Source: Bacillota bacterium
GTDB taxonomy: Bacteria > Bacillota > Sulfobacillia > Fermentithermobacillales > Fermentithermobacillaceae
Length of the DNA: 64,000 nt
Reading direction: 5' to 3'
Assembly: GCA_033809515.1 (NCBI GenBank)
Contig: JAPXLN010000001.1
Coordinates: 158,101 to 222,100, forward strand
The position numbers and the translations under genes are program-made. Shown in pieces: positions 8,251 to 17,750 of this stretch (its first letter is position 1; the number at the start of each line of letters is the position of its first letter). Under the pieces are notes generated by a model. It searched no databases and was not told the origin of the DNA. It saw only the letters and a program-made list of their open reading frames with translations.

Positions 8251-8275
8251 ATTCGATATATCTCACCAAAATCCT
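8251..8275 (-). promoter_or_regulatory. SigH-type promoter, cassette A
   Basis: AGGATTT-N11-ATCGAAT on the minus strand. Confidence 0.58.
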
Positions 8276-8345
8276 TCTTGATTCGCACAATATGTCGAAG
8301 TGTGTCGGCCGTCGGCGGTTTTGGCGGGCACGCCCGCAGCCCGTT

Positions 8346-8389
8346 CAAAAATCAAGGCCCCAGCCATGGCTTTTACCAGGCCGGGGCCT
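8346..8389 (-). terminator. Intrinsic terminator of the S9 peptidase gene
   Basis: AGGCCCCGGCC...GGCTGGGGCCT stem followed by TGATTTTTG on the minus strand, just after the stop at 8406. Confidence 0.7.
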
Positions 8390-8405
8390 GCAGCGTAATC
8401 AATGC

Positions 8406-9389
8406 CTACAAGCTCACAGGATAGGGCGGGTTCAGGTATCTGGCCAGAAACTCGTATATCTCCTTACGAGACTCTTTGGCAAGCCTAGTGTCTATCCTGT
8501 CAAACACATGTCCGCCGGGAGCGTTGTCGTAGATCTTGTACTCAAACTCCTTGCCCGCAGCCTTCAGCGACTTAATCAGATGCTCAACCTCCAGGACGTT
8601 CACATCCTCGTCGTTGGTGGTCGTATGAACTAGGAGAGGAGTCTCCAGCTTGTCAGCATGCCAGGCAGGTGAGCGTTTCCTGTACTCCTTGGGATCCTGA
8701 GCGGCGGTTCTCCCTATGTGATACGGCGCAGCAAAGAGCTCTTGATAGTAGGGCCCCTTGTACCCCATCCGGGCCACCAAATCGCTGACAGGAACCCCTG
8801 CATAAGCTACCTTATAAGCTTCAGGGTAACGGAAGATGTTGAAGAGAGTGATAAAGCCGCCGTGGCTCCATCCCATGATACCCACTCGATCAGAATCTAC
8901 CAGAGGCTCATTTTCGATCATGAAATTGCGCCCTTCCAGGCAATCCTCTACTTCCAGCCCACCGTAGTCAATAAACCTGTAGAACTGGCCACCGTAACCT
9001 GTACTTCCCCGGTAGTCAGGCGCCACAACTATGTACCCCTGGCTTACGAGCTCCTTAATTATGTGGGCCGAACCGGTGCTGAAATTGGAGTGCACTCCGC
9101 CGTGAACGAAAACCATGAGCGGGTACTTCTTGCTCATGTCTGCGTCTTTCGGCACGAAAGTATAGGCCCGGATCTTCAAGGGATTCCCCCTATCCTGGGA
9201 CGACTGCGCCGCCGGATTTGCAGGAGGAGGACCAATGTAGGTAACTTTGTCAACGATGGCTGTATCTTGCATCACCTGGAACCAATGTACGTCATCTATG
9301 GCCTTTGCCAAAGACGAAAACGTCTGGCCCAGGCCTGCCTGTTGTCGCTTGAGCTCCTCAATCTGCTTCTTGAGTTCCTCCATGAACAA
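8406..9389 (-). CDS. Prolyl oligopeptidase family (S9) serine peptidase, alpha/beta hydrolase
   Basis: VHGG, DYRGSTGYG, nucleophile GWSHGG, D-x-x-V and GH catalytic triad motifs. Confidence 0.9.
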   Translation of the reverse strand: MFMEELKKQIEELKRQQAGLGQTFSSLAKAIDDVHWFQVMQDTAIVDKVTYIGPPPANPAAQSSQDRGNPLKIRAYTFVPKDADMSKKYPLMVFVHGGVHSNFSTGSAHIIKELVSQGYIVVAPDYRGSTGYGGQFYRFIDYGGLEVEDCLEGRNFMIENEPLVDSDRVGIMGWSHGGFITLFNIFRYPEAYKVAYAGVPVSDLVARMGYKGPYYQELFAAPYHIGRTAAQDPKEYRKRSPAWHADKLETPLLVHTTTNDEDVNVLEVEHLIKSLKAAGKEFEYKIYDNAPGGHVFDRIDTRLAKESRKEIYEFLARYLNPPYPVSL

Positions 9390-9496
9390 ACAGCCCCCTT
9401 ACCGTATTTCCCATTAGATATTTCTTGTATCGAAATACTTCCACGAAACTGTTTGTTACTCCTGCCTGAATATTAGCTTGCACGTTCTCCAATCTG

Positions 9497-10765
9497 TTAA
9501 CCCAGGCGAGACTTTTCGCCCGGCATATACTTGCGCAGTACCTCCGGAACGGTGACGCTTCCGTCGGCATTCTGGTAGTTCTCAAGGATAGCTACCAGGG
9601 TCCTGCCGATAGCAATAGCGGTACCGTTCAGGGTGTGCACCAAAGCGGTTTTCCCGCCTGTAGCTTTCTTGTACCTCACGTTCAACCCTCTGGATTGAAA
9701 ATCCGTGCAGTTGCTGCAGGAAGTTATCTCCCGGTACACCCGGTCGGACGGCTTCCAGAATTCAAGATCATACTTCTTGTATGCCACAGGGCCTAAATCG
9801 CCTGCACATATGTTCACAACTCTGTAAGGTATCTCCAGTGTCTGGAAGATCCTCTCCTCAAGGGATACCATCCATTGGTGGGTTGCCTCTGAATCAGCTG
9901 GCTTGTCATACACAAACATCTCCAGTTTGTCAAAGTGGTGTGTGCGTATGAGTCCCCGAACATCCCTGCCTCCGGACCCTACTTCAGTCCTATAACACGG
10001 AGAGAACCCGGCGTACTTAAGGGGCAGATCCTCTTCCCGGAGGATCTCGCCGGCATGCATGGCGCCCAGGGGAATCTCGGAAGTACCGACTAAACCCAGA
10101 TTCTGGCCTTCAATCCGGTAGATCTGATCGCTGAAAAACGGCAGGTGCCTGGTTCCCAGAAGGACATCCTCTCTTACGACTATGGGCGGTATGACGGGCT
10201 GAAACCCTTCTGCAACCAGCAGATCCAGGCCAAACCGGACCAGGGCCAACTCAAGGTACACGGCATCGTTCATCAGGAAATAGGTCCTGGTGCCCCACAC
10301 CTTTGCACCCTTCCCGGTGTCTATAAGCCCCAGGGACTCTCCTATCTCAACATGATCCCTAACCGGGAAGTCAAAGGTTCTAGGCCGGCCCCACCGTCTC
10401 ACCTCAGCGTTTTCCGAATCATCCTTGCCTTCAGGGACATCGGGGGCCAGCAAGTTAGGAACCCAAATCACTATGTCATGGAGCTTCTTCTCAATCTCTG
10501 AAAGTCTTCCCTCTGTCTCAAGAACCTTCTCCCTCACAACCCTGCTTGCTAAGATAAGCTTTTCTCGCTCCTCAGGGTCGCTCTGCCTGCTGACCTTTGC
10601 CGTAATTCGGTTCCTTTCTTCTCTGAGGTCGTTGACCTGTCGAACAAGGGCAGAGCGCTCCTCGTCCAGCTGTAAAATGAGATCCAGGGGAGCTGTAGCC
10701 TTGCGCCTTCGCAGCATGTCTTCGACCAGAGGCCGGTTCTCACGCAAAATGCCTACGTCGAACAT
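9497..10765 (-). CDS. serS: Serine--tRNA ligase
   Basis: N-terminal coiled-coil arm; GTSE, CYRTEVGS, RGLIRTHHFDKLE, EITSCSNCTDFQSR, HTLNGT motifs. Confidence 0.96.
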   Translation of the reverse strand: MFDVGILRENRPLVEDMLRRRKATAPLDLILQLDEERSALVRQVNDLREERNRITAKVSRQSDPEEREKLILASRVVREKVLETEGRLSEIEKKLHDIVIWVPNLLAPDVPEGKDDSENAEVRRWGRPRTFDFPVRDHVEIGESLGLIDTGKGAKVWGTRTYFLMNDAVYLELALVRFGLDLLVAEGFQPVIPPIVVREDVLLGTRHLPFFSDQIYRIEGQNLGLVGTSEIPLGAMHAGEILREEDLPLKYAGFSPCYRTEVGSGGRDVRGLIRTHHFDKLEMFVYDKPADSEATHQWMVSLEERIFQTLEIPYRVVNICAGDLGPVAYKKYDLEFWKPSDRVYREITSCSNCTDFQSRGLNVRYKKATGGKTALVHTLNGTAIAIGRTLVAILENYQNADGSVTVPEVLRKYMPGEKSRLG

Positions 10766-10778
10766 AGTCTTCCCTCCT

Positions 10779-11038
10779 TAAAATAAAGGAGCAGGTCGTC
10801 TCAAGGACGAGACAACCTGCTCTCGTGGTGCCACCTTGTTTTGCGTAGTCCAGGATGGCCTGGAACCCGCCTCGTCTGCCGTAACGGGGCTTACCGGCAC
10901 AGCATACTCAGGCCTGTATTGTCAAGCCCTTTGTGCAGCGCACCTCCGGGGTGCTCTCAACAGGGTGCCGGGCGCCGCCTCGCACCGGCCGGCAGCTCTC
11001 TTTGGCCCGTAGACCTGTCTATCTGTCCCCTTCAACGG
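10779..11038 (-). promoter_or_regulatory. T-box riboswitch leader (Ser) with terminator/antiterminator
   Basis: T-box AAGGTGGCACCACG; terminator GAGCAGGTTGTCTC/GAGACGACCTGCTC + CTTTATTTT; stem I with AGAGA and GGTG boxes; specifier AGC (10953-10955) = Ser, matching serS. Confidence 0.92.
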
Positions 11039-11110
11039 TTTCAAAGACTATATCATAGGCTGCGCCAAAAGTTAAACCGCATTCCTCGTCACAACCGCAT
11101 TAGAACCACG

Positions 11111-12331
11111 CTAGAACCGCAATGCCTTTACCCAGAGATGCATGACCAGGCGGAGGTTTGGATCTTCCAGGTCCGCTCCGGTAATCTCCTGAATTCGTCT
11201 GACTCTGTAGTCCAGGGTATTGGCATGTATATCCAGCCTTAAGGCGGCCTCCTTGCGCTTGCCGTAAAAATCAAGGTAAGCTTCAAGGGTGGCAAAAAGG
11301 TCGGTACCCCGGTGACTGTCGTAATCTCTGACCTTCTCTACAAGACGCCTGCCGAAGTAGGGCGAAGTCGGACAAGTAGCCATGCATGAGACAAGCTCAT
11401 AAGCAGCTAGTGTGCTGTAGTCGAAACATGGTCCCCGGGAGCCCAACTTGATTCCGATGTTGATAGCTCTTGAAGACTCCAGGTAACACGCTCGCACGTC
11501 AGAAAGACTCTCTCCCGGAGTGCCCATTCCCACAGCAAAAACAAGGCGCCGGGCTTGCCCCGGCTCCTCGCCTGGCTCACCCATATCCCGGTCCCAGGCT
11601 CCCGCCTTTTCGGCCAGCTTGCTTGCCTCCGAAGCGCTTATGCCGCTCACAACGAAAACCGTCTCGCTCTCAAAGGTGCCTCTGACAAAGCTTACCCCAT
11701 GCTTCTGCAAGCTCTCTTCAAAAGCATTTGCGCACCGGAGGACCGGCTCAAGGTCAGCCCCGGATACGGCCCTAACGGTAACTACATAAATGGGCCGGGA
11801 AGGATACCATCCAAGAGCTTTCGCCCTGAGGTCAAGCGCTTCACCAAGATCATTAAGGTCGCCGGGCTCAGCAGCAATAAGGTCCCTGACAAGTCCGTTT
11901 TGCAGTTCATCCCGGCGCAGCCATGCCGAGTCTCTGCGCAATAGGGCTGATGCCAGTGCCTGACATGCCCGCAAGAACGCCTCTTCGATCCTGGCAGGTA
12001 TTATTGATTCATCATACACGGCCCAAAGGTAACCGAGCACCTTACCCTTGGCCTTTACCGGTGCGCAGATCCGCGGGCCGAACCCTATTTCCGGAATGGC
12101 AGCCACCCGAGCAATGCCAGTGGCAGAGTCCACACATTCATAGACACCCCTTCTCCTCAGGGCGTCAAGGGTGTTGAGAGATGCCCCTTTTCTTAGAAGG
12201 GTTTCCATGCGGACATTATCAACCGGTTCCTCGTGAACCGAGTATGCTATGAGCCTTCCAACTGCATCCTCTACTGTTATCGGGCGTTTGACAATGCGGG
12301 CCAGTTCATCCACGATAGACTGAAATTCCAT
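11111..12331 (-). CDS. PucR/CdaR family transcriptional regulator
   Basis: C-terminal TLEAYL...AALRLDIHANTLDYRVRRIQEITG HTH; N-terminal GAF-like region. Confidence 0.9.
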   Translation of the reverse strand: MEFQSIVDELARIVKRPITVEDAVGRLIAYSVHEEPVDNVRMETLLRKGASLNTLDALRRRGVYECVDSATGIARVAAIPEIGFGPRICAPVKAKGKVLGYLWAVYDESIIPARIEEAFLRACQALASALLRRDSAWLRRDELQNGLVRDLIAAEPGDLNDLGEALDLRAKALGWYPSRPIYVVTVRAVSGADLEPVLRCANAFEESLQKHGVSFVRGTFESETVFVVSGISASEASKLAEKAGAWDRDMGEPGEEPGQARRLVFAVGMGTPGESLSDVRACYLESSRAINIGIKLGSRGPCFDYSTLAAYELVSCMATCPTSPYFGRRLVEKVRDYDSHRGTDLFATLEAYLDFYGKRKEAALRLDIHANTLDYRVRRIQEITGADLEDPNLRLVMHLWVKALRF

Positions 12332-12419
12332 GCCATGTCACCACCTCAGTCAGGCAAAGAACATCCAAAGGCCCGATACGACTGTTCGTCATGTTCCCGG
12401 CATTATCCTGCAAAAGCGC

Positions 12420-13568
12420 CTAGACCACCGAAGGTTCGACCATTAGTTCTCCACGCTTGAACCTGTCCAGATTCAGACCGCTGATGTCAAGGGAAGTCTC
12501 CTGCCCCAGGATCAGTTGGGCCATGAGCCGGCCGGTGATAGGAGCAAGCATGAATCCGTGTCCGCTGAATCCAACTGACTGGTAGTAACCTTGGACTCCC
12601 GGGACATCTCCCAGAATTGGGTGTGCGTCGGGCGTAACCGTGTACAGACCCGACCACTGCCTGACCACCCGGATACCTCTCAACGCAGGCAGCACAGGGC
12701 ACATGACCCTTGCCATTTCCTGTAGGAAATGCCATGAGTGGCCAATGTCATATCCCAGAGGTTCGTTAGGGTTCCCCATACCCATCACAAAAGAGCCTTC
12801 AGGGCCCTGCTGGCAGTAGTAGTTTCTCGAGAACGACATGAGCATTGGGTCCAAAATCCATCCAACAGGCTCAGTGGCAAGGATCTGGTGGCGCTGGGTA
12901 AATAACGGCAGTTCCACTCCGACCATCGCAGCTACAGGGGCCGCCCATGGTCCCGCTGCGTTGATGACTATGGGTGTGCTTATTCCTCCCCTGTCAGTGG
13001 TGACTCTTTGCACCTGGCCACCGGATACGTCAATTCCCGTTACCCTGGTGAAGAAACTTGCTTCGCCGCCTAACCTCCGAAAAGCTTGTAGATATGCCCT
13101 GGTAGTTTGAAATGGGTTGGCGTGGCCATCCCGGGCATTGAAGGTAGCTCCATAGAGGCCTTCTACGCTTACAGGCGGGAAAGTGTTTTTCACATCGTCA
13201 GGAGTCATGATTACCGACTTGATGCCCAAGCGGTTCTGAAGAGCTACGTTCTTTTGAAACTGATCCCACTCTTTCTCTGTGTAGGCCATCATAAGGTAGC
13301 CTTTCTCCAGAAACTCAATGTCTCTGTCAGCCTGAAGCTCTTCCGGAAGCTGCTCGAAGATATCAATGGCCGCCTTGGCGAGCAAGCAATTGCCTTCTCT
13401 GCCCCATTGCTCTCTGACGCCGGCACCGCACCTTCCTGTAGAACCGTTTGCAAAAGTATTCTTCTCGCAGAGCACCACATTCTTCATGCCCAACTTGAGA
13501 AGGTTGTAGGCAATTGACGCACCCTGCACACCGCCACCGATAACTACGGCATCGGCACTCTTTCTCAT
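12420..13568 (-). CDS. FAD-dependent oxidoreductase, DAO family (proline dehydrogenase/sarcosine oxidase beta-like)
   Basis: VIGGGVQG, GSTGRCGAG, WSGLYTVTPD, GFSGHGFMLAP motifs. Confidence 0.9.
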   Translation of the reverse strand: MRKSADAVVIGGGVQGASIAYNLLKLGMKNVVLCEKNTFANGSTGRCGAGVREQWGREGNCLLAKAAIDIFEQLPEELQADRDIEFLEKGYLMMAYTEKEWDQFQKNVALQNRLGIKSVIMTPDDVKNTFPPVSVEGLYGATFNARDGHANPFQTTRAYLQAFRRLGGEASFFTRVTGIDVSGGQVQRVTTDRGGISTPIVINAAGPWAAPVAAMVGVELPLFTQRHQILATEPVGWILDPMLMSFSRNYYCQQGPEGSFVMGMGNPNEPLGYDIGHSWHFLQEMARVMCPVLPALRGIRVVRQWSGLYTVTPDAHPILGDVPGVQGYYQSVGFSGHGFMLAPITGRLMAQLILGQETSLDISGLNLDRFKRGELMVEPSVV

Positions 13569-13930
13569 GATCCCTTCACCTCCGCCGCCTTACCCTTGTC
13601 GCTGGCCTTCTCTGACTCTTGGCCGCCTTCTTCCATGTCCCTTTGACCGGCTGGAAAAGCGGCCCTCTCCAGATCCCCCATCTGCACGGCCTTGGACGGA
13701 GGTCTGCAAGTGGAAGGCAGTATTTCGGCAACGTTCTTGCCCAGAGCTCTGGCCAGTTCAGAAGCAATGAGCAGGCGGCACGTACGTCCCTGGCATGGTC
13801 CCATGCCCGCCCTGGTGGTACGCCTTATCTCGTCCATGGTGGTTGCGCCTTCCCGAATAACCTTTCGGATCTCCTCCAGGGTAACGTCTTCGCACCTGCA
13901 AACGATGATGTCACCGTCAAGTTCAGGCAT
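13565..13930 (-). CDS. BFD-like (2Fe-2S)-binding subunit
   Basis: VCRCEDVT...TRAGMGPCQGRTC motif; start placed at ATG 13930 after GAGG. Confidence 0.85.
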   Translation of the reverse strand: MPELDGDIIVCRCEDVTLEEIRKVIREGATTMDEIRRTTRAGMGPCQGRTCRLLIASELARALGKNVAEILPSTCRPPSKAVQMGDLERAAFPAGQRDMEEGGQESEKASDKGKAAEVKGS

Positions 13931-13932
13931 GA

Positions 13933-14439
13933 TCACCACTCCTCGCATATTCGAAAGTGCCTGGCAACTGTAGACAGATCCTTGGGAGCTCTTACCCATA
14001 CAACAGGTGTGCCCTGAGGCTTCTTGCCGGAAATGACCCTTTCCACCGAACCTCTGCCTGCGATGCTCCCGGATCTATCAAGCAAGGTCACCTTCTGGCC
14101 CTTTTCTGGCAGGGGGCAGAACTCATAGGGCATGGCTATTAGGCACTCTGTATCGCTGAAAGTATCGTCGATGACGAAAATGGCCAGCCCAGGACAAGCT
14201 GCGACACATGCGCCGCAGCCGGTACACTTATCCCAGTCAGCCACAGGAATGTCGTTAATGTCGTGAAACTCAGGGATGCCTCCAAAGCGACAGCTGTGAT
14301 GGCAAGGGTCGCAGGGTATCTTCTGAAAGCATTCAATCATCACGTAGGGTCCTTTTGCCCTTCTCTCTTTGGAGGGTATTTTCCGTGAAAGATCCTCCTG
14401 AGAGGGCACCCCTGACGAGAGCAATGAGTTCTCCGTCAT
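13933..14439 (-). CDS. 4Fe-4S dicluster ferredoxin-like subunit
   Basis: C-x4-C-x2-C-x3-C and CTGCGACVAACP motifs. Confidence 0.88.
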   Translation of the reverse strand: MTENSLLSSGVPSQEDLSRKIPSKERRAKGPYVMIECFQKIPCDPCHHSCRFGGIPEFHDINDIPVADWDKCTGCGACVAACPGLAIFVIDDTFSDTECLIAMPYEFCPLPEKGQKVTLLDRSGSIAGRGSVERVISGKKPQGTPVVWVRAPKDLSTVARHFRICEEW

Positions 14440-15539
14440 GATTCAGCCCTCCTCTCAGACAGTTCCTTCAGTCTCGCCAATCCCTGACGTATCTTTTCAC
14501 CTGTAGGTCCTGCTCTCAGAGACTCCAGTTCGGACGAGATATCCTGCCGCGCCTTGAAAAAGTCGTTTTCGTCCATCTTTGCCAGACTGTAGGCAGCTGA
14601 GAGTCCCGCAAGCTTTCCGGCGGCCATAGCCGTAGAAGCTTCCTCGATGCCCGCTGCATCGCCTGCTACGTAGACGCCTTCAGCTGTGGTCTCCATGTTC
14701 TCATCGTAGACGGGAACGAACCCTCCGAGCTGTGGCACGTACCTCATCTCAGATCCTGCCTGCCACAGAAGCTCCCCAAGAGGCGTCAGGCCCGTGGCCA
14801 GACATACGACATCGACTCTGAGATCCTTTTCGGTTCCGGGCACTCCCTTCCACCGCTCATCCAGCTGCCATATGACTGCGCCTTCGACCTGGACGTCCCC
14901 GTATACTTCCTTGACGCTGTGGCGTGTTAGGACAGGGATGCCAAGGCGCCTGATCTTAGCAGCGTGCACTGCGTACCCACCTATTGACGGCATGGCCTCA
15001 ACCAGACATGCGACTTTCACGCCGGCCTGAGCCAGCTGGTAGCTGACAATGAGCCCGATGTTCCCCGAACCTACCATTAGGACAGATTGTCCGGGCCGTA
15101 TGCCGTAAACATTCATAAGTGTCTGAACGGCACCTGCACCGTAAACTCCGGGAAGATCGTTGCCCGGGAAAAGCAGCATCTTCTCAAGTGCCCCTGTGGC
15201 AATCAGAAGACGCTGGCTGCGAAGATGCTCTATGCCGTCCGGGGTCTCAAGCAAAAGGACTCCGTCCTGGTAATATCCCAAAGCTTCTGTGGACCCCAGG
15301 AACCTAATGCCAGGTTCCGACATCACCTGGTCAGCCAGGCGCTGAGCAATGACAATACCGCGTGTGCCTGCTGACTTTTGATGCCATCCAAAAAACTTGT
15401 GAGTTTGCTTAATCAGCTGACCACCCGGGTAATCACTGCGGTCAATAAGGGTGACCTTGACCCCGTGTGAAGCAGCTTCAAGAGCTCCGCATATCCCGGC
15501 AGGTCCTGCCCCAACTATGGCCAGTTCAGCCTCTATCAA
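14436..15539 (-). CDS. NAD(P)/FAD-dependent oxidoreductase (proline dehydrogenase/sarcosine oxidase alpha-like)
   Basis: VGAGPAG, GGQL, IATGA, FPGNDLPGV, VGSGNIG, YVAGDAAG motifs; TTG start after GGGAG. Confidence 0.88.
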   Translation of the reverse strand: MIEAELAIVGAGPAGICGALEAASHGVKVTLIDRSDYPGGQLIKQTHKFFGWHQKSAGTRGIVIAQRLADQVMSEPGIRFLGSTEALGYYQDGVLLLETPDGIEHLRSQRLLIATGALEKMLLFPGNDLPGVYGAGAVQTLMNVYGIRPGQSVLMVGSGNIGLIVSYQLAQAGVKVACLVEAMPSIGGYAVHAAKIRRLGIPVLTRHSVKEVYGDVQVEGAVIWQLDERWKGVPGTEKDLRVDVVCLATGLTPLGELLWQAGSEMRYVPQLGGFVPVYDENMETTAEGVYVAGDAAGIEEASTAMAAGKLAGLSAAYSLAKMDENDFFKARQDISSELESLRAGPTGEKIRQGLARLKELSERRAES

Positions 15540-15867
15540 GATCGTCACTCCCCCATCCAGGGGCCGGTCCGGCACCCACCTGCATTTCAACTCTGATTCC
15601 TTCTCTCACCTTCTCAGTGCAAGCCCTGACGTTGGGAACGCCATCAACGACAACCAGGCATGAGGAACAGTTTCCTATGGCACAAAAGAACCCCCGCGGC
15701 CTATCAAGTTTCAGACTCTTGTGAAGGACCTTGATGCCTGCCGCATGAAGCGCAGCCGCTATGGGCTCCCCCTCATACCCCCAGACTTCCTCGTCTTGCC
15801 AGAAGAACCGCACTCTCTTCCTCTCAGGGAAGTCCAGCACCGGATGATCTCGGACGCGTGATTCCAA
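15526..15867 (-). CDS. (2Fe-2S)-binding subunit (Fer2_4-like)
   Basis: IAAALHAAG...RPRGFFCAIGNCSSC...NVRAC; TTG start after AAGGAGG. Confidence 0.86.
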   Translation of the reverse strand: MESRVRDHPVLDFPERKRVRFFWQDEEVWGYEGEPIAAALHAAGIKVLHKSLKLDRPRGFFCAIGNCSSCLVVVDGVPNVRACTEKVREGIRVEMQVGAGPAPGWGSDDLDRG

Positions 15868-16076
15868 AGCTAAGACCCCTCCTTTTGAGCATCTGGAGAA
15901 TCCTATCCCTTGGTCAATACTTATCACTGCCTTGTGGAAAGGGCATTGTGTTCTGCCGCCAAACCCCTTCGTGAGACGAACACTAATGCATAGGCCAAAG
16001 CTCAAAGAGGAAAGATTATCCTTGAACGATTTCGGGCAATTTCTGCCGGTTATGCCATATGTGGGGGAGATAGCTG

Positions 16077-17750
16077 TTGCTTAAGAACGCCGTCAGACTT
16101 CTTTCCCGGCTGGGGAAAACACGAAACAGGTCGCAGGTCAGACCCAGCATGACAAAAAGGTCAAGGCTGCCCCAAGTGCCTTCAGGGGCAGACCTGACAT
16201 CCCTTGTCCTCTCCGGGGAGCTATCAGTCGATACTAGACGCATCAAAGAGGCTTCGGGCAACAGCTCCGACCTGGTTGTCAGGGAACTCACTGTTGGAAA
16301 CGGCGCCGGAGAGCCTATCCCTGTGGTTCTTATTCATATTGATGGTCTCATAGACAACAAGACAGTCTCTGACATGCTGCTCATGGGCGTTTCCGACCAG
16401 TCCTCTGACTGGCAAGCTCCTGCTCAAGCTTATGCAGGGTTCAAAGAGCAACTTGTCATGATTGGCAATACCAGGGAAGTCACATCCATTAATGCTCTCT
16501 TTCACCTCATGGCCAGCGGACACTGCGCAGTTTTGGTTGACGGCATTCGGGGAGCTCTTGTGTGCGATGTCCGCGGGTGGGAAGAAAGAAGCATTTCTGA
16601 ACCAACGACAGAAGTTACAGTCCGCGGACCTAAGGAAGGGTTTGCAGAAACCCTTCGCGTAAACACCAGCTTACTCAGGCGCAGGATCAAAGACCGGAGG
16701 CTCTGCGTCGAACAGCTCACCATCGGAAGGGTAAGCCAGACCGAAGTCGCTGTGGTCTACATATCGGGCATAGCTAACAGTAGAACCGTTGATGAAGTGA
16801 GAACCAGGCTAAAGAAGATCGACGTAGCTAGCATTCAGGAAAGCGGTCATCTTGAAGAGTACATTGAAGATGCGCCGTTTTCCCCTTTTCCAACGACACT
16901 GCGCACAGAACGTCCTGACAAGGTGGCCGGCAATCTCATAGAGGGAAGAATTGCAATTCTTACAGACGGCACCCCCTTCGTTCTCATTGTACCTGCCACC
17001 TTTACTATGTTTCTTACTACGCCCGAAGACTACTTCGAAAGGTCCTATGCCGGAACAGCAATACGAGCGCTTCGCTACTTTGCGTTTTCTGTCTCACTCA
17101 CGCTGCCTGCCCTATACGTGGCCATAACCACCTTCCACCAGGAAATGCTCCCCACGCCCCTTATACTCAGCATTGCCTCTCAAAGAGAGAGGATTCCCTT
17201 TCCCGCCATGGTGGAAGCGCTTCTGATGGAACTCGTCTTTGAGGTTCTGCGGGAAGCCGGACTCCGGTTGCCAAGAATAGTGGGTCAAGCTGTCAGCATT
17301 ATCGGTGCACTGGTAGTAGGCGAGGCGGCTATGCGGGCAGGCCTTGTATCCGGAGCTATGGTGGTAGTGGTAGCAGGGACAGGCATAGCTTCCTTTGCCA
17401 CCCCTGCTTTCAGCATGGCAATCTCTGCCCGCCTGTTGCGCTTCCCGCTCATCTTCTTAGGAGGCAGCCTGGGTCTGTTCGGAGTAAGCGGAGGCCTTAT
17501 GATGCTTTTGATTCACCTAACAGCTCTACGGTCCTTCGGGGTTCCCTACTTGGAGCCTTTCTTTCCGGTAGTTCTGCGTGACCTCAAGGATGCAGTCGCG
17601 CGGGTTCCCTGGTGGGCCATGGGTACCCGGCCACGCCTTGTAGCTCCCATCAATCAGGAAAGGGAAGCTCCGGACATGCTGCCACAACCACCGCCTGCCG
17701 GAAAGCGAAAACTCCGGCGCAAGCCTGTAAGGCAGGTGACGGAAAAATGA
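16077..17750 (+). CDS. gerKA: Spore germination receptor A subunit (GerKA family)
   Basis: EPTTEVTVRGPKEGF, TERPD, ELVFEVLREAGLRLP motifs. Confidence 0.92.
   Translation: MLKNAVRLLSRLGKTRNRSQVRPSMTKRSRLPQVPSGADLTSLVLSGELSVDTRRIKEASGNSSDLVVRELTVGNGAGEPIPVVLIHIDGLIDNKTVSDMLLMGVSDQSSDWQAPAQAYAGFKEQLVMIGNTREVTSINALFHLMASGHCAVLVDGIRGALVCDVRGWEERSISEPTTEVTVRGPKEGFAETLRVNTSLLRRRIKDRRLCVEQLTIGRVSQTEVAVVYISGIANSRTVDEVRTRLKKIDVASIQESGHLEEYIEDAPFSPFPTTLRTERPDKVAGNLIEGRIAILTDGTPFVLIVPATFTMFLTTPEDYFERSYAGTAIRALRYFAFSVSLTLPALYVAITTFHQEMLPTPLILSIASQRERIPFPAMVEALLMELVFEVLREAGLRLPRIVGQAVSIIGALVVGEAAMRAGLVSGAMVVVVAGTGIASFATPAFSMAISARLLRFPLIFLGGSLGLFGVSGGLMMLLIHLTALRSFGVPYLEPFFPVVLRDLKDAVARVPWWAMGTRPRLVAPINQEREAPDMLPQPPPAGKRKLRRKPVRQVTEK

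Noticed and set aside
1-8275. Diversity-generating retroelement or site-specific shufflon behind the cassette variation
   Set aside because: No reverse transcriptase or recombinase in the window, all copies are co-oriented, and differences are not adenine-specific
8718-9476. Long antisense ORFs (also 26462-27190, 27995-28723, 50477-51193)
   Set aside because: They shadow well-supported genes on the opposite strand and lack recognisable motifs
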